Positions 52,820-62,141 of a DNA stretch of 64,000 nucleotides are shown in pieces. The notes under the pieces were generated by a model, which searched no databases, was not told the DNA's origin, and saw nothing but the letters and a program-made list of their open reading frames with translations. The stretch spans positions 17,422,001 through 17,486,000 of the forward strand of contig CM120645.1 in NCBI GenBank assembly GCA_051362555.1. The letters are read 5' to 3'. The DNA comes from Lingula anatina (Eukaryota > Animalia > Brachiopoda). How positions within the stretch are numbered: the first letter of the stretch is position 1; each line of letters starts with the position of its first letter. Position numbers and translations under genes: made by a program.

Positions 52820-55800
52820 AAAAAGATTAAAAGTTTGAATGGCAGCATCATTGGAATTATATTTACCTCTGCCAAGGAGGTTATGTTTTCACCCCTGTTT
52901 GTCTGTCATCAACATAACTCAAAAAGTTATGGACCGATTTTGATGAAATTTTCAGGAACTGTCAGAAGTGGGCAAGGAGGACAATGATTAGTTTTTGGTC
53001 GTGGTCCGGATCAATAATCAATCAATAATAATCAACAATTGCTGTCTTGGCAGAGGTCTGCACTCTTGGAGTGCTTTTCTAGTTTTGTTATGTTTTCCTT
53101 TTTAATTTTTTCTCAAACACTGGCATTTGTGACTTTTAACTCTCATCTGCCTGAGGCTCTGCACATTTTCTATATTTCCACATAAGCAGTTGTATTGTTT
53201 TTTATGTCTTTAAACATTATGTAATATTATTTTATGCACTGTCATCATTTTTCAAATATTGAGACTTTCATCATGAGAATTTGAACTCTCATGGTCCTGA
53301 AACTGTAATCTTACTGAAGGGATGGATTGAGACCATCTTCTGGGTCTTCCGGAAGACGGTCAGGTTATTAAGTTTATATTGACTGGTATCTATTTTTTTT
53401 CTGTTGGAAGACCATAAAAATGGAGGATGGATCAACATAGATACTTTGGAATACTGTCAGAAAATATCTCTGGGTTCGCTCCTGTTATTGACCATGGTAC
53501 CTGTTGTGCATGATTAAAATTCAGTGTTGACTGACAGTGCTATTATAAGCATTATTTATTATTGCATCAAAATTGACAAAATGACCTATTTTGCATCTTT
53601 ATTTTCTGTTTTTTGTCTGTACATTTGACAGCTTTGCTGCCTTGTTTAAAACCTATTTCACCGACACCTATTTATATACTGTAATTGATAAAATGTTAAG
53701 CTACAAAGTACATGAACACATTCTAATCAAATTTAACCAAGATTTAACGGTTTCAACAAAAATGAAACAATTTTAGTTTCACATAAACATTAAAGGACTT
53801 TTTAATGTACTTTAGCTTTGCATAGACATCCACACCCATATAAAAATAAAATATTAGACTGCCTTACACATTTTACTAAAATCAAAGCAATATAAAGTAC
53901 ACATTTAACAACATAAGAACTTATCTTTCACAAATGATATGCATTTAAAAAAATCAGATGCAAATAAAGAAAAATGTGACATACAATGATTAACAGAAAA
54001 TTTTATGAAAAACAATCTTTGGACAATTTACTAACCTTATTGAAAAAAAAAATTCCAGTGAAGTGGATACCTCCATTTTTCTATACATTGATTAAAATAA
54101 AAAAATAATTATTAAAAACTACTCATGGATAACTTACTTATCTCATCTAAAAAATGCCTTATTTTGCAATGAGGTGGGTATACCTCCATTTCTCTATACC
54201 TTTCAAGTTTTTCAGTTCTTTTTAAAACATCAAGCAACTCATTTGTTTTCTTCTCTTGTTTTTCATTTCTATCTTTATCCTTGTAATAAAGATTGTATGC
54301 AAATTCACCTTGTCATTGTCCCTTTCCTCAGTATGCAGCTCATTCTTTTCCTCCACTTGGTCATCATTTCCGTCAATTCCTCATGGTAACACTCCTTTTC
54401 AATCAGTTTGGACTTATCAATGTCCATTTCTTCAAAATGCTTTTTTCCTTTTCCTTCATTTGTTCGTCATTCCCGAAGTTGTAGACTTCACGTAGATGAT
54501 AGTTTGAGAGCATCAACAAATAAACCATTAAACTGGTCATTATGTGTCCTTGGGTTTTCTTTGAGCGACATTACGTAAAGCTGACATGAACCATTGAATT
54601 GCGGATTGCGTTTTGAGCCTTAATAAAAGTTATAATTACATAAGTATATAAAAAGATTTCATTACAATATTAAGTGTGAAACTTTGAACTCCCTTAGGTC
54701 TGTAGCCTTATGCCAGATATAGTTTCTAGAAGTGCACATTAACAGTATCACATAATTCAAAATGTATGGCAATTATGCAAGTCACTGTTGGGAATTATAT
54801 GTATTAAATCAAAATTGACAAAAATCCTGTTTTGAGCACACTTAAAATAAATGGAGCTGTTAATGGACACCTAAAGTTTCTTATCCTCAAATTCACTAGA
54901 GGGCTTAGTGACATAGTAATACTAAATACAGTAGCAGCTGAACTGGGATATTTTTCCTTAATGTAGTGAACCATTAATAATACTGATAAGTATTAATTTG
55001 CATGTATGTGATTTGCATATTTGTTTAATTGTTTAATTCATTCAGATGTATTTTAGCATGGCAGCTTGCATGTAGTGAACCATTAATAGTACAGATAGAT
55101 TTCCATGTATGTGATTTGCATATTTGTTTACTTTAAATGTATCTACAGTTAAATTTTAATTTATTCAAATGTGTTAGCATGGCAGGCTGCATGCTAGTTA
55201 TAGAAAATAGTTTGGAATGCAAATTAGGATCAGGTATAAAAGAGGCCACAGAGGAGGAGACTTACAGATAGAGAGAAATATAGATAGAGACATAGAAATA
55301 GATACAGAGAGAGAGAAATGGAGAGAGAGAGCAGAGACCTGAGTTTTACAGTCAGATAAATTAACCATGCATGTAGAAGAATACTATACCTGCCTGTCTC
55401 AGTTGTCTTAATCGTTGGTGAAAAAAGAAATCTAAGAACCTTGGATAACCCCATGGCTGGTTATTACATTTAGTTATGCATACCAGTATTTTCAAACATC
55501 GACATTTGAAGATATGTCTTAAGATTATTGTAACCCTTTATTATCATCCAAATACCAAAAAAGAGTTTTTTTTCCTGCATCTAATGATTCAGTAATGCAT
55601 TCTTTCTGCTCATTTAAAACAATGAAAAATCCCCTGAAAATATTAAATATCAACATTAATATTTTTCATTGCAATGTATAGGCATGGGCAACTCGAAAGC
55701 TTTAATCGTCAATTTAACCCCTTTTTTTTTTTTTTTTGAGGTGAGATAGCAATCGGTTTGGTGCGTAATTACATCCCTGAACAAGATTTTTTCACAAAAA

Positions 55801-58800
55801 TTGGCAGAGTTTCCAGGAGAGTATAGACTACAATCCCGTGCTGTCATTTTGGTTTAAATGTTTTTGTTATCGACACCTAATTACATATTTTCATGAAACA
55901 AAGGCATTATTTTGCTTTATCAATGATAAAACCTAAACTAAGACTTTAAAGAAAAATCATGACAAGGTTTTGGAGCACTAAATGGTGTCATTAAATCAGC
56001 GTAGAAACGTTGATCTTGGGTGCTCCGGTAAAAGAGAAATTTGAGAAACCGATTTTTTAGTTTTTACCCCAAAATTGGAAGAAAATAATGCCACCCATAT
56101 GAAGACATATACGTAAATGTTTTTTTATTTAGTCACTGGACAGTAAAGATTTATTTCTTATCCAAAGGAATATTTGTAAGGCAGTAAATAAGGAGTTTTG
56201 GGCAAAGGGTGACAATATCCTTAACATTCCCAATGCAGACTTAAACCTGGCCTAGTAACATTTTCTGTATTTCCTCGTAAACAATTATAAAACATGTAAA
56301 TGATTCAATATTAAAATTATTTATGTAAAGCTTTATGTAATTTTATTTTACATACTGTCATATTGTATCTTTATTTTATGTACAGGCACAGATGTGTCTA
56401 AACATATAGATGCCACCTAGGTCTGTTGCTGCCGTCGCCATCTGCTGCCGCCGATGCCATGCATTGCCGTGCACTTTCAGTGATTACAAAATAAGTGGAA
56501 ATATGTTTTACCTTTTGTTTCCAACTTATTGTACTTATGAATATTCATTAAATGCTGGTTAAGTTTGAAAATCAGCATGATTGGGCCATTTTGTCAAAAG
56601 TTATGCTGTTTTTTCACTTTTTCTCAGCATATATGTAATACTGGTAACACAATTCAAGGAAAACCAATAGGCCTATTGTCTTGAAACTCACAGGAGTGAT
56701 CAGTCATGCAAAAATACAGGTTGAGTTTGAAAATCAGCTTGATTGGACCATTATTTCAAAAGTAATGCTGTTTTTCTGCTTTTAAGCATATTTTATCCAC
56801 TGTTATATGGGTAGCAAGTAAACTATCTCATGTTTTGCCTTAAAACTTGATTCATACTTGATTCATAGGACCTACGTACAGATCAAATTCGAAAATTATC
56901 TTGATCGGTTTAGTTCTGATGAAGTTATGCCTTTTTTTGTATATAAGTAGTTTTTCCTCAGGTTCAATTCTTAGGCATGTCAACAGTCTCACCATTGAAC
57001 TAATTGTACCACCAGCGCAGCACTGGAGGTACACATGGTTTTAGTCCTGACCAGTCTGGTCTGCCATATCTGCTAGTCTCCTCAATATCTGCCGCCATTT
57101 CACCGTTACTACTGCTCCTGCTTAACTAAAAGGGCATGTGTCCCCATATCTTAGACTAGGTGACACACAATCTCAACTCAATCCACTGGGTTTTGGGCTT
57201 TGTATGTGCACTAGTCTACCCTCTACCAGGGCCACAGCTATTATTGTGGACATTTTTTGCAGAATCGACCCTGTTATGTTTGACCATGAGGAAACAATTA
57301 ACTCTGCCCGCGCTCAGAAGGCTTTGTACTCGCTCTGCAGGAGCTTCACGTCGCGTCGATGTGATAACTGCTCGTTTCGCAACCTGTGTAAGGCTCTGCT
57401 GTCTGCTGAAACTAGTCAGTGGTTGGAAGGGGTTCCCAGTGCACAGGCCGTGTACTTCTTCTAAAATTATTTACTGCACCAGTATTTATACCTCTAGAAA
57501 CTACTACAGGGGGTTCCTCGGTTAGCCTCACTCTGAAGCAACAAGCTATTCATAGGGGGCTATTTTTATCTGTCACCAAAGGGCAAGTGATGTAGGCCAG
57601 AGCAGTTACCTGTCTTGATTGCTGTCAAGTGGACTTAGACAGGAATAAATAATAGACTGGAATAAAGTAAATGGCAGTCCCTGAGCAGTTATGCAAACAA
57701 TTACCAGCCATGTAATCAGCCTTGAGATTTCAGTACAGGGTGACATCAGACCAAAATGACTGTCTATTTATCTACTGTCTGTGAATATCTGTGGAAAATC
57801 AATCTTTCGCCCTAGTAGAGGGTAGCACTATATAGTCACTGCACCCTTATCCAAAATTTGCAAAATTAAATACTAAATATTTCCTGAATGAATTATGACA
57901 AAAATTGCTATAGATGTCTGACTTAAAGTCATACATGGGCATTTAAACTATGCCCTTGGATTTGACCTTTGACCTTTATTTCAAGGTCAAACGGGCCAAA
58001 ATTTTTTATAAATGGGAATTTTTTACAAAAAATTATCTGTGTTGATTTTCAGAAACTTCACAGATTTAACCTATATTATTAAGGGCAGGGGTTACACTTA
58101 GGGTCTTCTTTCATCTTCGTTAGTTTGTGGTCAATCGGTGTATTACATGGGAAAAGCAGTCCTTAAATGGCAAGACTGAAAACTCTCTAATTCTGGAACT
58201 GTAAGTGCTAGAGACCTCTTGTTTGTTGCATTTTGTAGGGCTTGTCAAGCGCAATACTGGGGGTGGTATGGTTTTTTTTTTTTTTTTAATACAGTTTAAG
58301 ACCCCATTCCCACAGATTTTAGATCGATCTATCCCTATGGGGAGTCTCACTAGATTACTGTCAGCTTAGCCAGCTTAAGCGTCTGTCCCGCCTACTAAAA
58401 TCTGTAAGGGGGTATTAACTAACGTGCATGCACGGCTGACAGCAATTTAGCGTGAACCCCCAGGGAGTTAGGTCAATCTAGATGGATCAATCTAAATCTA
58501 TTGGAATGCATTCTAATAGAGTTGTGCTATATCACAAATACAAAGATGCCATATTCAGTGGTGAAGTAAAATGTGAAATAGCTACTACAGAATTTGAATA
58601 GGAAGTTTTATTTTGGTAATCTAACAGTGACCTTGAATTTGACCGTTGATCTACTTTTCATGAACTGTTTTGCAAATTTCCAAGCTCTGATATTTCCAAT
58701 TGAACTTGGATTGGAAGTCATGTATTCATAATATATTACTACAACCTTGGTTGAAACCTTTTACTTTTCCCTTCAGTTTTGTTATAAATTGTAATCTACA

Positions 58801-61366
58801 AATAAAATGAGATTTCTTGTGTGCTGCATTTTGCAATGGATGTGAAGCATAACACTGGAGATTGTGTCCCTTTTTTTGTTTACTATACGAATGCACATAC
58901 TCCAGCTGGTGGTACAATATCCTGAGGTGGTTTCGCCCCTCTGATCCTCTAGTTAGATACATGAAAAAGTCATTTTGACATTTTCTGCATCTTAACAATA
59001 TTGTTAGTTAATTTTATAAAAATGATGGTAAATAGTTATCTTGTATTGTGTAATAAAGAGTCGGAAATAAATTGATATTGTTGCAGTTTGGTAGATTTAA
59101 TTCTTCACATTGTTCAGGGGCCGGTTTCACAAAGCAGTAGTTAGTTAGAACAACTAACTACTGAACTACCTCGCTAACGAGCAAACTTAGCGATTTTCGA
59201 GGGGTGTTTCACGAAGCAGTAGTTAACTTATCGCTAAGTTCAGTCGTAAAGTTCGGTCGCTAGTTCTCTCGTTACTCACCTTAGTCTCGAAACCGTCTGC
59301 CGGAAGTGGAACTCTTGCGTAAAAGTGTCACGAAAGCACTAACTCTCCAATTTTTGGTGGCTGGAAATGCATAAGAACGTCTGCTTTGAGGTCGTCGTAA
59401 AGGATCTCCACCACCTTTTTGCCGCTCTTTTTGTCACAGCTAGGCGCAACCTCTCGTAAATTGCATCATCGTATGTATATTATAATAGATTCTGCCTTTC
59501 ATGAAAACGTCGTAGTCTACGTTGCCGTCTGGCGGTACGGATAGCAAGAAAGGTAGCCGCCATATTGGATACAAAGAGACAGACAACGGTAACTAAGCAA
59601 CCTTTTTATTTCACTCATTACGCATGCGTACGATGAAACTCTAGAGTTAGCGACTGGTCTGACCAGTCGTTAAATATCCATGGTAACAACGAGACAATAA
59701 CGAGCGAGAGAACTAGCGACTGCTTCGTGAAACGGCACTATAACTAGCGAGAGGCTAACTACCGATCGCTAACTAACTACTGCTTTGTGAAACCGGCCCC
59801 AGAATCTCAGAATGGAGCAAATTGGACATTTAAATTTGTTATTTTGATATTTCTTACATCTCAACAATTTTATTAGTTGATCACATAAAATGTAAGTAAA
59901 TGTGTTATTTTGTTTTATGTAAGAAAAGTCTTGAAAATCGAAATAAATTCATTCTGTACAGTTATCTTTCATCTACATTTTGAAGTTCCATGGGCCTGAA
60001 GACCTTTGCTAGTCAAATTTTCTAAATATCCATAATACCTGCAGTACATAATTAATGATTGGTGGTGATGATGCTGTTAAGCATTACAGGGGCTGATCCA
60101 GGTATTTTTTCCAGTCTTCCAAATTATCCATCCTCCTTTTTTGACAGTCTTCCGACAGAAAACATTACATACTCGTCAATGTAAGCTTGAAATTTTAGTC
60201 TCCTGGAAGACCCGGAAGACGGCCTCAATACGCCCCTGCATTACATATAATGTAATTTTGCTTCAAAATTAAAGTAATTTAAAAACCTATATTGGGTACT
60301 GCCTCAGTCCAAAGTGACCATTTAGGGAAAAAATGTCACTTACTATTCTTACAGAAAAGAAACAGAGGACTAAAATGCAGATTAAGTTGGAAAACCAGTT
60401 TTTTTTTTTTTTTGTTTTTTTGTTTTTTTTTTGTGTGTGAAATTTAACTTTTTTACATATTGGCATTTTATAGGTCTTTGAACCATGGGCTTGAAGACCT
60501 TTACTAGTCACAATTTCTGAATATCCATAATACATGAATTTCATTTTTAAAAATCTATGGTTGCTATGCTAGCTGTTAAGCATTATGTAATATTGCATTC
60601 AAATTTTTTTAAGTATTTTGGAATGGCCACCATAATGACCATTAAAGGAAAACCATGTTAATTATTATTCTCAAACTTACTGAAAAGATTCATAGGACTG
60701 AAATGCAGATTTTGTTAGAAAACCAGTCTGATTGCATTCTCTTCTGGAAGCAGTGCAGTTCTTTATGAAATTTTCATTTTTCACATATTTGCATTTTCAG
60801 TGTGGGAGTTAGAACTCCATTATGAAAAAAAAACATTATGGTAACTAAATTATTTTTAACTTACAAGATTGATTCTTAGGATTGACATACAGCTCAAATT
60901 GGAAAACCAGCTTGATTGGATTATCATTTTTTCTTGAATTTATGCAATATTTTGTGAAATTTTCATTTTTGTCATGCTGGCATTTTCAATGTGTGAACTT
61001 GAACTCTCATGGACCTGAAGTCCTATGCCATTTACACATTTTACTTACATCCTTATTATCTGTTGTGCATAATTAAAATTTGGTGTTGACTTTGCTGTTA
61101 AGCGTCATTTATTATTGCATTAGAATTGACAGTAATTAACCTATTTTATGCATCTTTAATTTTTGTATTTTGTCTGTACATTTGACAGCTTTGCTGCCTT
61201 GTGTGTGCATGTTGTCAAGCTTGATTTCAAGTTTTTACAGGTACTTTTTTCATCAAATTGCAGGTTTAAGATTTCCATGGCAGACAAATCTGAAAAAGCA
61301 GAATTCAATGTTGCATTGATTTTGAAGTCAGCAAAAGAGATCAAGGTTGCATTGAAACCAAGATAA
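22966..61366 (+). CDS. CYP4: Cytochrome P450, CYP4 family (CYP4F/4A/4B-like); 13 coding exons, 1560 nt = 519 aa + stop
   Basis: Hand-spliced exons 22966-23178, 25623-25815, 27819-27946, 28124-28248, 29260-29319, 35247-35376, 35646-35714, 37843-37909, 42714-42837, 45244-45442, 47647-47729, 47938-48003, 61264-61366. All are GT-AG, phases match and there are no internal stops. Motifs: N-terminal TM anchor, WxxxR (WMRQR), [14 protein letters not shown]-helix [14 protein letters not shown]-helix EAMR, FKPERF, heme motif FSAGPRNCIG. Confidence 0.96.
24756..24923. mobile_element. C(A/T)GGGG-ended MITE with a 5-bp TSD (hAT5-like); family also at 42144-42285, 53317-53484 and 60087-60238
   Basis: ATCTT|CTGGGGCTGATTTAG...CTAGATCCGCCCCTG|ATCTT. 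Internal GAAGAC repeats are shared with the other copies; the 60087 copy is reversed, with TSD CATTA. Confidence 0.75.
25623..25815 (+). CDS. CYP4: CYP4 coding exon 2
   Basis: cctttctag|[64 protein letters not shown](G)|gtaagt. Confidence 0.93.
26109..26550. mobile_element. EnSpm/CACTA-like fragment with GTGTGCAG subterminal repeats
   Basis: CCCTTAGCAAA start followed by many AGTGTGC(A/G) motifs in both orientations. Second terminus not found. Confidence 0.4.
27819..27946 (+). CDS. CYP4: CYP4 coding exon 3
   Basis: tttaatag|(G)[42 protein letters not shown]|gtgagg. Confidence 0.95.
28124..28248 (+). CDS. CYP4: CYP4 coding exon 4
   Basis: ttgttgcag|[41 protein letters not shown](G)|gtaaga. 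Confidence 0.95.
29260..29319 (+). CDS. CYP4: CYP4 coding exon 5
   Basis: ctcttctag|(G)[19 protein letters not shown](F)|gtaagt; phase 2 at both ends. Confidence 0.9.
29372..29920. mobile_element. Harbinger-like MITE fragment with a tandemly duplicated 169-bp left end
   Basis: GCCCCTATTTCACA..AGACCA.GAATCCCACGAATGGCCATGAATTG at 29372 and 29541; ATTCGT/ACGAAT subterminal motifs. Confidence 0.6.
30360..33860. mobile_element. 3.5-kb Academ-like element in CYP4 intron 5, with possible decayed transposase
   Basis: Termini TAGTCCAAGAAATTGGTG / CACCAATTTCCTGGACTA, TSD TAT. Inverted arms of ~155/310-bp subrepeats carry AA(A/T)ATGGCCGCC. A unique core at about 31000-32750 includes a 112-bp tandem duplication at 32083-32308. 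Confidence 0.8.
35247..35376 (+). CDS. CYP4: CYP4 coding exon 6
   Basis: acttttag|(F)[43 protein letters not shown]|gtaaga. Confidence 0.92.
35646..35714 (+). CDS. CYP4: CYP4 coding exon 7
   Basis: attttag|[23 protein letters not shown]|gtttgt. Confidence 0.93.
37843..37909 (+). CDS. CYP4: CYP4 coding exon 8 (I-helix, first part)
   Basis: atatttag|[22 protein letters not shown](G)|gtagtc. Confidence 0.96.
39403..42450 (+). mobile_element. Helentron/DINE-1-like element, family A, copy with four ~160-bp core repeats
   Basis: 5' T-run, hairpin ATGTACAGATACAGATGTGTCTGTACAT, (GTCGCC)n microsatellite, 160-bp units (CAAGTTCGAAAAT about every 160 bp from 39577), then ~320-bp diverged units. 3' subTIR TGTCTGTACAT plus a CAGC-TTT-GCTG hairpin at about 41316 and again at about 42417. 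Confidence 0.75.
42714..42837 (+). CDS. CYP4: CYP4 coding exon 9
   Basis: aaatttag|(G)[40 protein letters not shown](W)|gtgtgt. Confidence 0.95.
43042..43378. mobile_element. Kolobok-like MITE (second copy at about 44617-44956)
   Basis: TTAA|AGGGATAATAACTCTTCG ... CGAAGAGTTATTATCCCT|TTAT. About 300 bp of the interior is repeated at 44649-44955. Confidence 0.6.
43848..44180. mobile_element. Truncated left arm of the Academ-like family seen at 11590
   Basis: TAGTGGGGTGGCTTAGGG..AATCGTGACACGGTGGATAAAAGCACCAAATTTGGCATGTG is collinear with 11590-11910. Confidence 0.75.
45244..45442 (+). CDS. CYP4: CYP4 coding exon 10 (K-helix ExxR)
   Basis: tttttccag|(W)[66 protein letters not shown]|gtaaga. 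Confidence 0.96.
47647..47729 (+). CDS. CYP4: CYP4 coding exon 11 (PERF motif, start of heme motif)
   Basis: tgtttcag|[27 protein letters not shown](R)|gtaagc. Confidence 0.96.
47938..48003 (+). CDS. CYP4: CYP4 coding exon 12 (heme-ligating Cys)
   Basis: cattgtag|(R)[21 protein letters not shown](K)|gtaagt. Confidence 0.95.
50092..50890. repeat. Tandem array, 161-bp unit x about 5, near-identical
   Basis: The ORF track repeats at 50252, 50413, 50574 and 50735 (period 161). Unit: ACCGTAAACACGATAAGTGGAAAACCG...CAGCATATATGCAAC. Confidence 0.95.
52727..52817. repeat. (TA)n microsatellite, about 90 bp
   Basis: Read directly; absent at the paralogous position of the 39.4-kb copy (about 41755). 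Confidence 0.95.
52862..53083 (+). mobile_element. Short Helentron/DINE-1-like element, family C
   Basis: subTIRs ACCTCTGCCAAG (52865) and CTTGGCAGAGGT (53046), TGTTTGTCTGTC tract, 3' hairpin GCACTC-TTG-GAGTGC, CTAGTT end. The paralogous empty site TTGGAATTTTTGTTATG is at about 41890. Confidence 0.85.
55523..56220. mobile_element. Kolobok-like MITE with a TTAA TSD
   Basis: TTAA|GATTATTGTAACCCTTT ... AAAGGGTGACAATATCC|TTAA. Confidence 0.65.
57004..58953 (+). mobile_element. Helentron-like element, family B (related copy at about 45550-46813; fragments at about 19.08, 21.0, 25.99 and 48.6 kb)
   Basis: subTIRs TGTACCACCAGC (57005-57016) and GCTGGTGGTACA (58905-58916), 3' imperfect hairpin GAGGTGG-TTTCG-CCCCTC, CTAG-TT end and no TSD. 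The host family-A sequence resumes on both sides. Confidence 0.7.
59118..59799. mobile_element. 682-bp PIF/Harbinger MITE with a CAG (CWG) TSD
   Basis: TIR GGGCCGGTTTCACAAAGCAGTAGTTAGTTAG / CTAACTAACTACTGCTTTGTGAAACCGGCCC. The host motif TGTTCAGAATCTCAG, intact in other copies, is split with CAG duplicated. Confidence 0.9.
61264..61366 (+). CDS. CYP4: CYP4 terminal coding exon 13
   Basis: aaattgcag|(K)[33 protein letters not shown]. Phase 2 matches exon 12, and it gives a typical P450 C-terminus and total length. It follows a 13.26-kb intron. Confidence 0.85.
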
Positions 61367-61573
61367 ACATCATTAGAAACATGAGGCCAGAAAACCATGG
61401 TTACAAATGAGACTTTCTGTCCTTAATTGTTACATGTACCACCAGCCACAATTTCAATTGGTTCTCTGAGCCCAAGATGTTACAAGAGACGAGAGATGGT
61501 TACTGAGTCTTCAGTTAAAAAACACTTGATCTACATACTATAGAATTGATGTGGTAAAAAGGATTACCCACTC

Positions 61574-61579
61574 AATAAA
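61574..61579 (+). terminator. Candidate polyadenylation signal for CYP4
   Basis: AATAAA about 210 nt after the stop codon. The motif is common in AT-rich DNA. Confidence 0.35.
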
Positions 61580-62141
61580 CTATAAAAATGCAAATCAAAA
61601 GGGAGAAAAATTGCATTTTAATGTAAATGCTGAATAGAAATAATAATCCATTAAAGACAGAGATTTTTATACATTATATCCTGAAAATTTATATCAAGAA
61701 GTATTCCAAACTACCAATACCAAATCATTTTAATGTTGTGTTGATGAGTTGTGTAGAGAATGTATAAAAAAATACTATAGTGACCATAAAATCAATCACC
61801 TTTTATCAACCGAGAGTGAACAGCTTTATTAGATAGCTACAAAGTTCCCTGCAGCTATTTAAAGTGCCAAAACTGAGAACAATGAGAGCTTCAAGGACTT
61901 TTATTCTCTGGGCATTGTCAGCTTTTTAATTTTTCTTAAATTCTTAAACTTAAAAGTAGTACCGTAATTTTATGATTTGTCAAATACATTTAAAATTTCA
62001 ATTCTGCATATATTATATACAACGTACAATACAGATAACAAATTTCAAGGGATGCCAATCAACCTATTGTCTTCAATTTTGCAGGAATGATCAGTATTAT
62101 TAAAACGCAGCTCTTGTTCAAAAATCAGCTTGATTGGACCA

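Larger units (their letters stand above)
50008..53647 (+). mobile_element. Helentron/DINE-1-like element, family A, copy with five homogenised 161-bp repeats
   Basis: Same 5' hairpin, microsatellite and 3' subTIR plus hairpin (53615-53642) as the 39.4-kb copy, and collinear with it downstream of the array. Confidence 0.75.
49779..55468. mobile_element. TGT..ACA-ended element with ~215-bp diverged TIRs (Ginger-like?), hosting the 50-kb Helentron-like copy
   Basis: 49779-49993 (TGTAATAACC...TAAGACAACTGAGACAAGCAGGT...CAGGTCTCTGCTCTCTCTCTC...CCTCTGTGGC) is the reverse complement of 55245-55468. TSD not evident. Confidence 0.55.
56374..61202 (+). mobile_element. Older family-A Helentron-like copy carrying several nested elements
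   Basis: Diverged 5' hairpin at 56377, (GCCGTC/GCCGAT)-like tract and three diverged 160-bp units. Interrupted at about 57004-58953, 59118-59799 and 60087-60238. 3' subTIR plus hairpin at 61171-61198. Confidence 0.65.

Noticed and set aside
48004-61263. Possibility that the P450 is a truncated pseudogene ending at exon 12
   Set aside because: A phase-compatible terminal exon with a typical P450 C-terminus is present at 61264-61366, giving 519 aa.
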